DNA of 63,825 nt, filler included, from Octopus bimaculoides (lineage: Eukaryota): the NCBI RefSeq assembly GCF_001194135.2. It is 8 parts of 5 records of this genome, joined end to end, with 100 filler letters (N's around TTAATTAATTAA, not from the genome) between each part and the next. Parts side by side here need not be neighbours in the genome. Positions count along the whole stretch, not along the records: positions 62,581 to 63,825 come from NW_026402487.1; 7 more parts are not named here. One strand, 5' to 3'. Of this stretch, positions 62,481-63,825 are shown in pieces. The notes under the pieces are model-generated. The model did no database searches. It saw nothing but the letters and a program-made list of their open reading frames with translations, and had not been told where the DNA came from. Numbering within the stretch: position 1 is the stretch's first letter; every line of letters begins with the position of its first letter. The position numbers and the translations under genes are program-made.

Positions 62481-63825
62481 NNNNNNNNNNNNNNNNNNNN
62501 NNNNNNNNNNNNNNNNNNNNNNNNTTAATTAATTAANNNNNNNNNNNNNNNNNNNNNNNNNNNNNNNNNNNNNNNNNNNNATATATATATATATATATAT
62601 ATATATTATGAATTCAAATTATTACTCTCATAAACGCCCCTTTATAGAATTATTATTGACTGATATAAGTATTTATGCTATGTAACACAATTTTCCTCCT
62701 AGTTATTCAATATTGTTTGATAATTGCATATGATGTAATAGTATTGAAACTGGCTATTTCCCTTTCAATCTTTGCTTTTGTGACTTGTATAAGGATATTC
62801 TGAATTTTAACTGCTTCCCATGTATGAACGGACGAATTTACACATTTTCACTTCCTTCAATTCAGTAAAAACAAAACAACACAAAAGAACATAGGAAGTG
62901 AAATTAACGTGTATTTATAGAAACTGAACTCAAATGACAGAAGTGAATAGTTTTTTGAGATTTACCATTGCAATGTAATAGTTAGTCACGTTGAAACTCC
63001 AGTATATCTACGTATATATCCTCGTAAAAATGTTCCCATTTCCATACTTTCTACGTCTCCGTGTATTCCTTGAATTTACTATGAACGTAAAGGTTCTAGA
63101 TTTTCAATGACCTCATACCACCCGATTCTCTGTAACTCTTCACCAGAATTTCAACTAGTGACTGTGACATTAAACCTTGAAGTTGCTTTCTTCTTTCTGC
63201 TAACCATCTTTGAGAAATTCCGTGCACTCTAGGACCTCCTTTATTAGTAGTGTGACAAAGGGAATTGCGTCAGATAACTTAGGGAATAAATCTTCAACGC
63301 TGTAGACTTATTAGCAACTGACATTACAGGTTGTTTCATAAAACCTAACTGCATGTGCAATAGTGGAAGCAACAAATTTCAGAGCTTCCAAAATGGTTCA
63401 CAGTTGAAGTAAGTCCTTACAGAGAGAACAATGGACAGAGTTCCTTCTGTCTCAAAGTTAAAGATAGTATGAAAAAGTTACTGAAACTATTCTTCATACA
63501 ACTGGAATAATCCAGTTTGAAGTTTTCATTAAGCTGCATCAAACATCAGGAATTCTTACATGGTCTTGTCACTGGTGCATTCTTTTTTCAGGTGTACAGA
63601 GTGAGGAACCAACAAAAGAAACAGTCGCTTTTTCCGGCCATGTGGCTCCAGGATGGGACATCAGTAAAGAGGCGTCACCCATGTGCATTACAGGTCATTC
63701 TTTTTGCGTTACAGATCTTTCTCATTCATTTATTTCAGTTCGACGGAAGCATAGCCGATCTTGTCGTGTGAAAAGCTCAGGTGTTGCTCCGTCTGATTTG
63801 CGAGGTCCATACCTTTGTCAAAACA

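Overview
Eukaryotic, AT-rich, repeat-dominated genomic DNA with many N gaps. The microsatellite load and SINE/LINE content suggest an octopod cephalopod; this is an inference, not a database match. No complete protein-coding gene is visible. The window is mostly decayed mobile DNA. Non-LTR elements: R4/Dong-clade with restriction-like endonuclease (5 pieces), a Tx1/L1-clade LINE in two halves, and RTE LINE fragments. Other autonomous types: a Penelope-like element with GIY-YIG domain, a Helitron Rep fragment, and several mariner/Tc1 relics. Non-autonomous types: Tc1/mariner and TTAA-type MITEs, a foldback element, and at least four SINE families in many copies. There is one structurally intact tRNA-Val(TAC) with an unusual U73, one degenerate tRNA-like sequence, and a chain of small in-frame candidate exons of an unidentified + strand gene (best: 42447-42527 and 45186-45248). 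Seven 100-nt N44-TTAATTAATTAA-N44 spacers are artificial scaffold joins, so adjacency across them is unproven. Most long ORFs in the supplied track are artefacts of N runs or microsatellites. I found no clearly new biological system. The best leads are microsatellite-associated R4/Dong families, modular SINE/LINE tail sharing, and the hidden exon chain. Element boundaries are approximate unless termini are quoted.
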